Positions 51,201 to 64,000 of a stretch of DNA of 64,000 bases are shown here, in pieces (position 1 is the first letter of the stretch; the number at the start of each line of letters is the position of its first letter). This DNA comes from Takakia lepidozioides (Eukaryota; Plantae; Bryophyta), in the NCBI GenBank assembly GCA_030704615.1, contig CM060731.1, positions 33,542,001 to 33,606,000 of the forward strand, written 5' to 3'. The translations under genes and the position numbers were made by a program. Below the pieces are notes generated by a model, which was not told the DNA's origin, did no database searches, and saw only the letters and a list, made by a program, of their open reading frames with translations.

Positions 51201-53481
51201 TACGACAACAATAACAATGCTTATATCATTGAAGCTATACTAGGAGTTAAAACCCAAACGTCCATTGATGCCTTTGGAGCCACCTGCATTGATACATAGT
51301 ATCACTATCAATGGGCTGGGTACTCTTCCGTAGACAACACTTGGCAGATAGAAGACGATCTCTTCGGCCGACATGACGATTGCGACCTCGAACACAATCT
51401 TGCCCTCATCACCACCCTCCATAAACAAACCAACACCAACTATCTAACACACATGCACCAACAACACACCACTCCCGCCCAACCTACAGATAACAGATAT
51501 ATACACCAGCCACTCTATGCCCCCAACGTACACATCTGCATAACTGAATGTAATTCTGACAAAGATGTCAAGCATGATCAACCTCTAATCTACATGGGCC
51601 CCTGCCTTTCCAACATTTACGCTCAACATGGCCATTTCATTGGCTTCATCCCCAATACAAGACTAACGTGGCTTTGGGAGAAATACTCTACTACTACCTC
51701 ATCCCCATAATCGCTACAACCCCCGAAACAAGACTTTGCTACTGAATTATATTGGTTGGTTGATCGCTACCTCAAAGACACTCCCCCCAAGAAACCGCGG
51801 TCCCTCACTAAATTGGAAATAACATGTGCGCATCATACTATACCCCAAGATATTCTCTCCTTACTTATCAACACATTCCAGCTTACTCACTCATATTACT
51901 CCAACCCACTGACATGCCCTATGGCATTACCCACATTCTCTAGCCCACACCACAAAGACTGTATCTTTGGAGCCACTGGTACTGCCACCCAGCACACCTG
52001 GGAAGGCCGGGGCCTTGCCCACCCTCCACCTGGTTCTCCTTCTCACGAAGCTCTTAAATGGGCAAAACTTGTTGCGCACTCCTCCCCTACTGCATCCACA
52101 ATCCTCATCCTCACACAACAAAACACTCCTAATATCTCTCACCCTCTTCTACAACTCCCAAAAGGGGTCAATCTACTCGCCACAATTGACCCAAACCAGC
52201 TTAAGTGTATTCACACCCCTCCTCTTCCCAAATATCTCAAACAGAAGGAACCCACCCTAACCCTGATTCTACACATCCAAAACCCCCGGCATACAACCAT
52301 ACCGCCATCTTTCTTTTCTCAGCAATTGCTCACCATCACTCATAAAATAAAGGCCACCATCCATTATCCAACCATCCTCTCCCACACCCATATACCCACC
52401 ACATTGTCCCGGATCAAAACCAACAAAGCTTGGAACATTGCGACACCACGCCCTTCCCAGGTCGCGCCAACAACACCTCTACCCCCAATCCCTGCAATAT
52501 TTCAACAAAACACTATTCCCGAATACCCACTGGCCAATTCACATTACACTGACGGATCCCTCACCAAACCTAACGCAGGGTATGGAATCTATCACGCCGA
52601 CACTAGTGAAGGCATTGCCCTCAGGCTCCCTGGCCCTGCCACCATCCTCCGGGCTGAACTCATGGCCATTTATGACGCCCTCTCTCTACTCGACATCTTC
52701 CCCCCCCCACACTACATCTTCACCGACAGCCTTACCTCACTATTCCTCATTCGCAACCACATCTCCAACCCCTCTGCCCATCATCATACCCTGACCGCAA
52801 CCTCATTGCCGCTATTGTCCAGAGGGCCATCTCCCTAGGCCACCTAGTCCATATACTCAAAGTCCGTTCGCATACTGGCATCCATGGTAATGAAGAAGCA
52901 GACCTACTCGCCCAACTCGGCGCCTCCCAACCCATAGTTGAACCCTCGAACGACCCTATTCACATCGCCCACACCCATCCCTTTTGGTTCATATACCCCG
53001 TTCCAGACCCACCTGCACCCAGACCAGTCCGAAACCTCCTGACCACTCTGACCAGAGAAGCAAATAAACAAGCGGCAGCCTCCATCAGCCATACCAAAGT
53101 ACACATCAAAAAATGGACTAAATCTAATGTACTGCACCATAAACTCTCTAATCATTTCTGGCTAACCAAAGCCACCACCGACGCACAAATCCGACAAACA
53201 CTCAAACACTCAAACACCAGCGCAAACACATCTTCTGGCCACATCTGTTCCCATCCCCATACTGCCCGTTATGTGCAACCACCCACCAAGCTCGTGACAC
53301 TTGGCCACATCTCCTCAGCCAATGTACACACCTAGTTATACATGGCTTACATATCACGCGTCATAACCAGGCAGTCTGGCACCTCCACCAGCTCTTTCTA
53401 AAACGTGCTGAAACCCGTTGGTTCTCGCTCATGAATGCAGGCACCTACCAAGGACGGCCACCCGACCACACAGTACCACCG
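45206..53481 (+). mobile_element. RTEX-like LINE: APE endonuclease, RT, chromo-like, MTase-like, RNase H, CCHC finger; degenerate, 3' end cut by gypsy LTR
   Basis: TWNVGSL/LQETK/GDFN/SDHYP; NYRPIALAN, QGDTLSP, YADD; YTDGS/RAEL/TDS/HTGIHGNEEAD; CPLC...HLLSQC...RHN; strong C/A strand skew; 5' boundary approximate. Confidence 0.88.
45760..45970 (+). repeat. Short tandem repeats in the LINE 5' region (4 x 16 bp; 3 x 42 bp)
   Basis: GGAAAATGCTACCT x4; CAAAACAATTCTACACCGTGATCTTCACTCTCTGTTCTC x3. Confidence 0.85.
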
Positions 53482-54401
53482 TGTCGCGCGGCTTTTACTC
53501 ACCCATCCCTTCGCTATCCGAGGCGGAAACTCCAAGATAGAAGAGTTGGAAATCTCTAAGTACTCAGCCCGCGCAGAACAATCAGTCATGACCTACAGCT
53601 AGCGTATCATGGGGGTGTTTCCTATTTGTTTCCCTTTCCGCATTCATCTTAGCTACCTTACCATTGATAATTAAGTATCAGTTTGCTTCATCAATCTATC
53701 GGTTTCCATCACTCATCCATTCAATCCACAGCTTCACTCAGATCTCTCTACACAGTGTGATTGTATCGTATAAGTATCAGATTATGATTTATCAGGTATC
53801 AGGCCGAAGCCATTGTGTCTCTAATCTGCTCTACAATATCACTACAGCTTTGCATATAACAAAGCATCTACTAATCCTCTTCCTCCTTCACCGTGCTCTC
53901 CATCTTTTTCTTCCAATCTCCGCTCCCGCCTCACTAAGAAGTCCCCCTCCGAATGATGATCATCCTCTCCCCCAGAAGTCCCCCTTTATCTTCCTATCCG
54001 CGGTTCTAACCGTTTCCCTCACTAACCGTCGTCTGTGAACTAACATGTTCCCTTCGCGAGGTGTTGTTCCCACAGTCGTTCCCTGTCCTACTCTTCGTTC
54101 CCTATGATCGTGACAGCTGTGTCAAGCTGTGACTGGCTGTGTGAAACTGTGACGGGCTGTGACTGGTGGCTGTGTCGGGCTGTGACTGCTGTGTGTGGCT
54201 GTGTCGGGCTGTGACTGGCTGTGTGGCTGTGTACTGACTGTGACGACTGTGACGGCTGTGACGGCTGTGTTGGCTGTGTAACCCCCCTCTACAGTGCGCT
54301 GCTGTCACCCCTAAGGCTCCTGTTGGTCTCAGTCTGTGCAAAAATTAAGGGTACCCTACAGATCCCGTATAAGTGTCTAAGTCCCCGACAGTCCTCTAAC
54401 A
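53482..54401 (-). repeat. 3' LTR (~920 bp)
   Basis: Starts TGTTAG just after PPT GAGGGGGGAAGGGG (54405-54418); ends CGCGACA where the LINE reading frame breaks (PDHTVPP|). Confidence 0.75.
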
Positions 54402-54432
54402 TTACCCCTTCCCCCCTCAAAAAGCCGTGTCC

Positions 54433-57400
54433 TCACGGTTTACTGATTTCGACTAGCAAACCTTTGTGAGTGAGCACCTTCTTGACGTTGAGAGTTTCGT
54501 GGCGGACTGTGTGTACGAGCCCGAGGTCTGTCTCTGGTTGACGGAGATGGTTGATCACTACCTGGATAAGTGAGGCCCTCTGGAGGCTGATATCGAGGTA
54601 ACCTTTCCGGCATAGGAGACCCCCGTCGCTTCTTCTCTGCCATCTGAATTGCATAGTCTTCTCCCATGTCAAAAGAATTCGTGAAGAAACAGTTGTATCA
54701 GAATCCTCATCGCCTCTCAGGTGTTTTAATTTTCGAACTTTTTGTGGAATCATCTGGGGCATACAATGCTGTCCTACCATGTCTGGAAGTTTGTATTTTA
54801 CAACTTGGTGTAACCGCTGAACAGCAAAATTGGTGTAGACACTGAGCTCCTTGTCTGTCCAGGTGAGTGGGTACCAATTACTGGTGCAGCGTGCAAGTAC
54901 TTTCCATGCCACATGTCCCTTATAGAAAATGTCATCAATGCCGAATTTCTGTGTTGACAAATGGTTGCAGGCTGCTTGAAACCATGAACGAATTTGAGAA
55001 TCCTTTTGCATCATAACTTTTGGGTCATATAGGTACATATGAGGTGGCACCGAAGGTAATACCCAATGATCTCCACTGGAATAACTTTGAAAGCGTGTTT
55101 GCATCTTTTGTTGCTCAATGTGGTAACGTACCAGAAAACAAGCAGCGTAGTATAGCCCGCACCCCATGACAATACTTGCTATCTCCTTGGTCTTGGTATA
55201 AATGAGTCCATGTACAACCTGGAAAGCAATCAATTCCCTCAACATGGTACCTGCCTCGCCAGTATTGTGCAAAGTGATGATCTTCAATATGTCGATTGTT
55301 CGGAAGAACTTTAGTCCTAGTTGCCACTGGCAGCCAAATACGCATGATTTGGTAGTAATGTGCGAATGACTGCGGAGGACTAAATTCTTTCCAAGCCAAA
55401 TCCAACATGATGGGAATTTGGTTGAAGGGCATAATCATAGCCCTACTGTACTCCCTTGCAGCTGGAGTTTTAGGTGGGTTTAAAAGCGCATTGCCCCATA
55501 CCTCCGGCTGTGGTGGCTGTGGTGTGGTTGTAGTAACCACAGGTTCAGCTACTGGTACAGTGACTGTTGTGGTGGTGGTGGTACTGGCTCTGTATCATTG
55601 GCATCTCCTGCACCTCCTGTGAAGACTGAAAAGCCAAAGTTCTGGCTTGTAAATAAGAAGCCATTAGCTGTTCCTGAGGGATATAGACTCTTTGGTCGAT
55701 GTTTGAAGTGAGGTCTTCCACTTGAGTCTGGAGTCCGTCTACATCCTCTTGTAACTCTGCTATCCTACTATAGACATTGTCTATAGTAGTTGTGGCAATG
55801 TTCTGCACCTGCAGCCTGAGCTCATTCATCTCGCTTTGGGTGAGCTTCCGTGGTGCTTTGCCCTCTACTGGCCCTTGTGCTAACCAGACCTGCATAAGGC
55901 TGTTATCCACCAAGTTGCTTGTGGTTCCCCTGAGAGTTTGCTCCTCTCTTAGCTTGTACAATTCCAACTGCTGTTGTAAAGCCTCCATGCGCTTCGCCTG
56001 AGGTTCAACCAATTGCGCATAAGCAGCAAGTAGATTATTGGCTTCCTTCCAAGCCTTGTTATTGACCGCGATTTCATTTCTATTGGCCATGATGGTTTGT
56101 TGCAACTCCACGATGTGCTTCTCTTGATCAGCTTCAATCTGCCTGTATTGCTTGAAAGTATCTTCATTGCGACAGATTGTATTCTTCATATCGACAATGA
56201 GCTTCATTTGCTCAACATTCTCTTCTTCTGCCTTCGTACATTTTTCCGCTTGACTGTTTATTTCTTTTGTAGATTGGTCAAGCATAGTTGTAAATGTAGC
56301 ACATTGTATCGCCATCCTGTTATGCACTGTCTGCAACTCCGTATGTAGTGCATTCAGTTCTTGCAACTTGCTTTCATGCTGCACCTGCATTTGGTATAGC
56401 TGTTGCTTATGTGCTTCGTGCAACTGGTCTTGCGCGAGGCCTGCCTCAATCAATTGTTGCTTGGCCAATTGCAAAGCCATTTCTGTATTTCCCAAGTCCT
56501 GCTTCATCTTGAGAGTGACCTCTTCATCGACCTTGTTTGCACACTCAGTGGCAAGTCGAGCCTCAAACTCCTTCCTGAGTTCCTCTTTCAAGGCTGTCAA
56601 TTGGGTAATTGGAACATGGGATTTGACATAAGTCCCCAACAAATTAAGTGTCCTGCCTATGGAACTCATCAGCATTGCCTGTTGAGGGTCATCATGGTGA
56701 GGTTGCTGCTGTTCCTCCTGATTCAACAGTGTGATGTCTCACTAACCATTCAGGCCATTGTCCCACCGGATTTTCTTCCTGAACTACTTCATCTATCACC
56801 GGTGCTACAGTGTCATGACCTTCCGCCTGTGGTACCTCCGACACAGGTGTGTGTATTATATGCACCTCAGGATTTCCCTTGGGCAACTGTTGCACCTCTG
56901 GGATTTCTGTCTCCTTGACCAGACCAGAATATTCATAGAGAAGGTCCCCCTTCTCTATTTCTGCCACTATCTGTTCTGTAGTTGGAATATCTATCCCTTC
57001 ACTTTCCAAATCAATTATTTCGGGTTGAGCTGCATGGATAACTTGTGACCTTGTGACAAGTCGTTCAGGTGGCTGTGATGGTTGTGATGCAGAAGTAACT
57101 TCCTCCTCCCTCTCTGAAGGTCCTGCTTCCAGTAATAGCATTTCTCTGTGCTGCTGTGCCCCTTCCTGGCCATGAGCTTGGGAAACATTATCATGCGGAA
57201 TCCGTGAAGCCAGTGGATCCGCCACTACAGTCTTTCCCCTTCTCTGCCTCTTAGTCTCGGGTTGTGCTGCTAGTCCACCCTCACTGTGTGAAGAGCCTTG
57301 CTCTTCCATTGCAGTTGTTTCTGGCTCAAACTCCCATTTCCTTTCTTTCTTGTGCATTAAGTATGCCAGAATCAAGGATTATTTGAGCAATGATTGGGCC

Positions 57401-57981
57401 AGACACTATGATAGGAGACTTTGCGGTAGTACCTTGTAATCTTTTCATCTCCTCTACCAGTGCGTTGTACATTATGTCCGCCCATTGTACCTCTTGTCCC
57501 TTCAGGCCTTTGAGTATTTCCTCTGTGAAGGATCTGCTCAAATACTGTTGGTTCTGTTTCAGGGCAATCAGAACGTTCAATACCTGGCCTACTCTTTTAA
57601 CCCTGGGTACACAGCTTTGGTACAAGCATAACCCTGAGTTTTAAAGAAACTCCCTTCTTGGAATAAGTCCCCTATTTGCAGTCTTGCCCTGTGTTCCTCC
57701 ACATGCACCTGACCTGCTGGCAATCGAAACAATTGCTGGAGGTATAGGGGAGTAATCATTAATTCAACTCCCTTCACCGTTGTTGTTCCTGTCCTTGGCT
57801 CAAAGTTCTGCAAAAATTGTAACATGTACTGTCTATGGTGTAGTGTCCAATCTAGGCTTTGCAATCCTTCCAATCTCAGCTCCTCCAGTATCTTTATCGC
57901 CTGTGGGGTAGCCATCGTTTGTTTCTGCAGAATTGTGGTGCTCTTCACCCTGATTTCCTCCATTCCTCTCACTCTCTTCAT
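54433..57981 (-). pseudogene. Long accessory ORF between pol and 3' LTR (frameshifted): PMD/Transposase_32-like N-terminus, acidic linker, coiled coil, unknown C-terminal domain
   Basis: Overlapping same-strand ORFs 57981-57589, 57625-57326, 57375-56692, 56726-55545, 55540-55115, 55287-54433. Confidence 0.65.
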
Positions 57982-58654
57982 TTTAGACTCACAGAACTGT
58001 TTGGCTGTAACAACTGCAGGAATGCCTGTAGTGCAAAAGCATAAACGTATGGTTGCCGCAGAAAGCTATGGGTAATTTTCTTGTAAGCCTGCGGGGCTTG
58101 CAAGCATCGCTCAAGAGAAAAGCTCTGCTCTGTCCTTTCGTGTCTATGCCACTGCGTAAGTAATATTGCGAGCGTATAGTCTGTTAGTTCCTCCATAGTT
58201 TCCAAGTATAGCATTGATGGTCTGTCCTGTCGAGCCCGTTACTAGAACGACGCCGCCTCTTGCGCTCAATTTCCCTCCATTTTCTTGATCGGTTTTCTAT
58301 TGGCTGTATCCGCTGTGACTGGATTTTAGATTTTATCTTCTTTAGTGGACTTTCCCTGTTGGATAGTCCACTAGGATCACACATGTGACAAGAATTCGCT
58401 TTTCTGTACTTGCCGTTCGTTCCGTTTCCCTTTTTCCGTATCATTAATGGGCCCGCCTTTCATCCCTTTTGACGGCCGTTCTTGTCCTCTTTCTTTTTGA
58501 CACCTGTCCTTGCACTTCATTCTCGGCTGTGTGTCGCGCCCTGACCTCCACGTGTCTATTTTTAAAGTAATTTCCGTTTCTTCTTCCTTCAGCCATTTTC
58601 CTGAAGTTATTATGTGTCCACTTGTCACTGATTCTATGGATCGTGTAACTTTAG

Positions 58655-58840
58655 TAGGCTGTGTTGAGCTGTGACAGGCTGTGTCATACTGTTACGCTGT
58701 GATAATGCACTGTGGTAAGCTGTGATAGGCTGTGACACGCTGTGGTAGGTTGTGATAGGCTGTGTATAGCTTGCTGGGCTGTGATAGACGTCGTGATGGC
58801 TGCTGTGATACGTCGTGATGGGCTGTGATAGGCTGTGCAC
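58655..58840. repeat. GCTGTGA-type degenerate minisatellite (related tract at 54110-54280 in the LTR)
   Basis: Repeated GGCTGTGA/GCTGTGT units at both sites. Confidence 0.8.
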
Positions 58841-58979
58841 ACGTTTGTTTTGCCCACCCTGGTCATATATGCTGGGCCTAGCGACAAGTGTTCCATACTC
58901 CGTTCGTAACACTGGTGCAGCCCGTGACTGCTCTTTGCGGTTCAACATGCAAATCATGCTGCAGGGTTTGTCATGGATA

Positions 58980-61900
58980 CCACTGTACCCCTTCAACTTA
59001 TTTGCATTGACTCTTCCCAGCATTTCTTTGTTAATGGTTTGTAACATGGCGTGTTGTTATCATACATCTTTTGTATGACATAAGGTCCTTTCCATGGTGA
59101 TTTAAGCTTAGAAGCTTGAATCTTTCCTTTCTTCTGCAACCATAGAACCAAATCCCCCGTTAAAAGTCTTTAACTTGCCTTCATCAAACTGTTCCTTTCG
59201 CTTCATCTGAATTCTGGTCATATTATCAGCTGCATCAGCACGTACTTCTTCCACATGGTATAATTCATGTTTCCTGAGATGGGAGTCTTGCAATTCCATT
59301 CTTTTTCCCCACTCCGTTCTCATGGTAGGTAACAGGAATTCCACTGGAAGTAAGGCTTCCATACCATAAACTAATTGGAATGGTGTATACTTAGTGGTGA
59401 CTTTATATGAAGTCCTGTATGACCACAAAGCTGTCAGCAGCTTTGTATCCCAATCCGTTCTGTTTGCATTGACTATCTTAGCCAAGATAGTACATAGTAT
59501 TTTGTTGGTAGCCTCTGCCTGCCCATTACCCTGTGGGTAATATGTTGTACTCTTTCTATGCACAATCATAAACTCTTTAGTCAACAACTCAATGGTCTCA
59601 TTCATGAAGTGACTTCCTTGATCACTGATAAATTCTAAGGGACAGCCAAATCGTGTAAGTATGTTCTCGTACAGGAACCTTGCTGTGGACTTGGCTGTGT
59701 TGTCCCTCAAAGCTTTAGCTTCCACCCACTTTGTAGTATAATCAGTGGCTGTAATTATGTACCTGTTTCGTGTATTCTTGGATGGTGGGTTAATTGGTCC
59801 AACAAAGTCTAGTCCCCATTTCTGAAATGGTTCCGTAGGCATTGTAGGATGCAAGGCCATCCTTCCAGATCTCTGCAAAGGTCCTAGCCTCTGACATTCA
59901 TCACACTTCTGACAATACTCGTGTACATCTTTGAACAAAGTAGGCCACCAGTATCCTGCGAGTAGTATCTTTCTACTGGTAGTCTCTTCTCCAAAATGAC
60001 CTCCAGCCACTCCTTTATGAACTTCCGCCAAACTTTATTTACTTCATGGTGGTACAAGCATCGTTTTAGTACTCCATCAGGTCCTAACTTATACATTCTG
60101 CTTCCTACCATAGTATAAGGTAAAGCTTTGATAGCGATTCTCTTCCTCTGCTCCTTACCATAACTAGGTGGGCACTGACCATGAGCAAGGTAGTATCTGA
60201 TTGGCCACTGCCAATCTAACCATTCATCTGCACTTCCTTGCACCTCCATTACAAATAAACTCGCATCAGGTAACTGATCGTCCACTCCTGTGGCGGCCTC
60301 TCCTGTTGTTAGTCGTGACAAATGATCTGCCACAAGATGCAAACGGCCAGGCTTGTAAATAACCTCGAACTCAAACTCATGCAAGATTATTAACCACCTC
60401 GCTATCCTTCCACTTATCAAAGGTTTGTTCACCAGATATATCAGAGCCTGGTGATCCACATAAACATAAACTTTCTTCCCAATAGGTAATGCCTGAATTT
60501 CTTCTGCATAATCATTGCCAATGCTTCTCTTTCCGTTGTGCTATAGTTCCTCTCAGCACTGTTCATCAACCGGCTAGCATAGTACACAGGTGAATCTATA
60601 TTCCCTGTAACATTCTGGGCTAACACCTCCCAACGCTTCTCCTGATGCATCGCAGTGAACATGAAATACTACATGCCAGTGAGGGTTAATCAGCACAGGT
60701 GTAGTTGTTACTGACAGTGTAAGTTCCTCAAACGCCTGTTGACATTCAGCTGTCCAGGCAAACACTGCATCTTTCTTCAGAAGCTGCTCAATGGTGCTGC
60801 TATTTGTGCATACCTTTTGACAAATCTTCTGTAATAACTGGTTTGCCCAAGGAATCTCCTAAACTCTTAACATTCACTGGTGGTGGAGAGGCTTTAATGG
60901 ACTCTGTCTTCTGGGATCCACAAGGAGTCCCTTCTTACACACAATGTGTCCCAGAAGCACCCCTGAGTTCACACAGAAAGTACACTTCTCTGGATTCAGG
61001 CCCAGACCTCTCATCCTGCATCTGGCCAAACATAACTCCAATTTATGCAAGTGCTCATTCTTAGAGCTGTACACACTGAAATCATCCAAGAATACCTGCA
61101 TGAAATCATCCAGATACTCATGAAAGATTCACTTATCACTCTCTGAAAGGTCGCTGGTGCATTACAAAGTCCAAAGGGCATGACTTTGTATGCATAAGCC
61201 CCCCCAGTCTGTGATGAAAGCTGTTTTCCCTTGGTCTTCTTCTGCCACTTGCACTTGATTATAACCACTGAAGCCATCCATGAATGAGTACATCTCATGG
61301 CCTGCCACAGTGTCTAATACTGCTTCTGTGAATGGCAAAGGGAAAGGATCTTTCTTCGTACAAGCATTCAGCTTCTTATAGTTCACACATACTCTTAGTT
61401 TGCCATTCTTCTTGGGAACTATAACAATGGGTGACAACCAAGTTGTATACTCTATTGGGTATATAAACTTAGCCTCAGCCAACTTCTTTATCTCTTCTCC
61501 AACCTTCTGTGCGTAGTTGGGATTCATTCTATACCTCGCCTGCTTGATTGGTACTGACCCTGGTTCCAGTTCAATCTTATGCTGACAGACTTCAGGTGGT
61601 ATCCCTTTTAGATCCTCATAGCTCCAAGCAAATACATCTCTGTATTTGATGAACAAGCTTTTAGCTTCTTCGAAGAATTCCGGCTCCAAATCAGCTCCTA
61701 CTTTCACCATCCTCGGTTCCTCTTTAGTTCCCACATTTACTTCTCTCACCTGCTCATCAGCTGTGATTGTCCAACCAGTCACCACTTCATCCTGTAAGCT
61801 CACAGTGGCTGGTTCTTCTAGGATTTCTATTTCTCCTTCTCTTTCTTCATAGAAATGTGATGGGTAAATGCTGGTTTCCTCTTCAGTTGGTGTTGCTGTC

Positions 61901-62450
61901 ACTACACCACAGCAGATACCTCTCAAACAACTTAGGCTTTCCAGCCGCATCTCTGCAACCTGCTCCCACTCTGGTGTGCAGCAAATAGGGTAGCTTCCTG
62001 CTCCTCATCCAGTCCTCCTCTCCAGTCATACTCTCTGACTCCTCGAGGTCTTCTTGTAGCAGGTAATCTACTAGATTTCTTTGTGGTAATTTGTATCTCG
62101 TGTATCCCATTATGCACGGTTAGTAACTGAGAATTCCAGTCATGGAATACCCTGGCCTGTTTCAGCCACGGACGTCCCAATAATAAGGAGTAAGCCTGAC
62201 TTCAGGAACGTATCATAATGAACTCCTCTTATTAATCCCAATGGCTGTACACTTCTTTGATCTGCCATTGTTACTGTAAATGGGGCTGGTTTCATGTTAC
62301 TTAGACCAAGCTTCTCCTTAATTGGTCTGTCATGATATTTACTCCAGAACCACCATCTATCAGTACATCAGTTAGTTCTGTGCTTCCAATTCTCAATTGG
62401 ATTACTGGCATAGAATCATCAAAGTCCATGACTGTTTCTCGCCCTTCCGG
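58980..62450 (-). pseudogene. pol: protease, RT, RNase H, integrase (frameshifted)
   Basis: LIDGGSGVNI, FMDGFSGYNQ, FLDD, HCDAS, EREALAM, HKGVAGGH...CDEC, WGLDFVGP, SDQG, GQAE, WKGPY. Confidence 0.92.
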
Positions 62451-62599
62451 CTTCACATTATAACTGGTCACCTTGCTGTTCAGGTCTGTGTTTCCTGTCT
62501 CTTGGGCAATTCGATTGATTGCTTGATACAGCCTGTGCCTACAATAAGGTGCCACAGCTAATAGCTGTCCAATGGTAATTTCTGCTTTGGTCTGACATA

Positions 62600-64000
62600 T
62601 TACTGCAGCCAAAGTCTCTTCATTACTTTGCATGTCTGCATCTTCTTTTTTTTTTCTTCTTCACTCCCTTCTTTTTCTCCATCCGAATCAGAGGAATCTG
62701 CCACAGGAATATCAGTACTCTTTTGCATTTCCCTTATAGTATCTGCCACTTCCTTGTGCAGTTCCTTCTCATCTTTCCAAGTCTCTTCATCTTCAGGCAT
62801 ATCATTGCCACTTCCAGTCTCATCTTCTTCCTCTTACTGGAGGTATTAGTTTGGCTTTACTTCTTGTTACTATCATTGTACTTACTTCTGTACAACACAT
62901 GGCCTAACCATGTGAGCTGCCACCACTGGGCCCTCATTCACAGGAGCTCTCATCTCATTCTGGTGTCTTATCCAGAATGAACAGGCTGCCTTGCGATGTC
63001 CTGGCTGATTACAATAGTAACATAGCTCTTCACCATTGGGTCCTCGCCCTTGGTCTGTTCTTGGATTATTTCTATAATCCTGATTCCCGGGCTGGTAATT
63101 CCCCCTTGGATTACCCTGATAGTTGCCTCTGGAATTTCCTTGGTAATTCCCTCTTGAATTACCTCTCCCTTCCATGCCATTGTTATAACCACCAGACCTA
63201 CCATAGTGGTCCTGATCATTGTTTCTTCTTGGCTGGGGCTGCACCTGATGCACCCTTACTTGCCTAGGTTCTCTTGCAGCTGTCCTTCTGTTGTAGTAAC
63301 AATTCTCAGTAGAATGGTTATCCATTTTACAGATAGTACAGTGTTTCTCCTTCATGTGGCATTCTGTGGTGGTATGGCCTTCATTCTGGCACTTTGCACA
63401 CCATACACCCTTCCTCCAATGTGTTGCAGCCTCTGTGGCATACTTCTTCAAGATTTCTTCCAATTTTTTTCATAGTTATCCCTCTTCAACTTCTCCTTTC
63501 TCTTACTCTTTCTTTTTAGTTCTTGCTCTTCTTCTTCATCTGACTCATCCTCAGAGTCCTCATCTTCCTTTTTCTCTCTCCTGAGCATTCCCAATTGCTC
63601 AATTCTGTTTGCAGTTTCAAATGCCTCCTCCACTGTATTATGGGGTAACATATCCACTTTCTTTTGCAACTCTGGTCTTAGTCCACTCACAAACCAAGTC
63701 TTCTGTAAACCGGGCGCTGGTACTGCAGCCAGCTTTTTCATCATCAATTCCATCTTCTCCATATACTCTTCAACAGTTTCATGCTTCTTCTGCTTCAGCT
63801 GTTGTAAACTTCCATACACTTCATCCTCAGTTTTACTTGTCCTGAACCTATTTCGAAATGCTGTATTCAAGCCATTCCAGGTTAGGAAATGATTATCAGG
63901 GAATCTTGCATACCATTCACTTGCTTTCTTGATAAGTGAACAAGGAAACAGTCTCATCTTGGCATCATCGCCATTCTCATTGTTCACTATACACATGCTC
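62600..64000 (-). pseudogene. gag with three CCHC knuckles (frameshifted)
   Basis: LFPCSL..KASEWY, QKKHETVEEY; CAKCQNEGHTTTEC, CTICKMDNHSTENC, CYYCNQPGHRKAAC. Confidence 0.88.

Larger units (their letters stand above)
53482..64000 (-). mobile_element. Non-chromovirus Ty3/gypsy (Athila/Tat/Phygy-like) with extra 3' ORF; 5' end outside window
   Basis: gag, PR, RT, RNH, INT, extra ORFs, PPT and 3' LTR on the minus strand. Confidence 0.92.

Overview
Eukaryotic, plant-type (GT-AG introns; non-seed-plant-like TE lineages) repeat-dense window with one clear host gene, a 5-exon LRR receptor-like kinase of the At1g12460/LRR-VII type (20769-25524, +). The rest is nested mobile DNA. (1) A young Ty3/gypsy (1-4134, -) inserted into (2) a spliced gene encoding a ParB/Srx-like domain plus an N6/N4 amino-methyltransferase-like domain. 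Its two long introns hold 13 covarying ~24-bp palindromes, and it lies head-to-head with a Mutator-like (GCM-like/DDE/SWIM) transposase followed by FCP1-like phosphatase ORFs. (3) A 12.8-kb gypsy with split direct repeats (A...B-A-B), a self-complementary primer site, a DNMT3-like C5 methyltransferase and an integrase-PHD, inserted into (4) an L1-type LINE. (5) A PPR fragment. (6) An RTEX-like LINE with chromodomain-like and PCIF1-like MTase-like modules plus RNase H, interrupted by (7) a non-chromovirus gypsy with a long extra 3' ORF. Three unrelated mobile units appear to carry methyltransferase-like cargo. All domain calls are by-eye motif recognition, not database searches.
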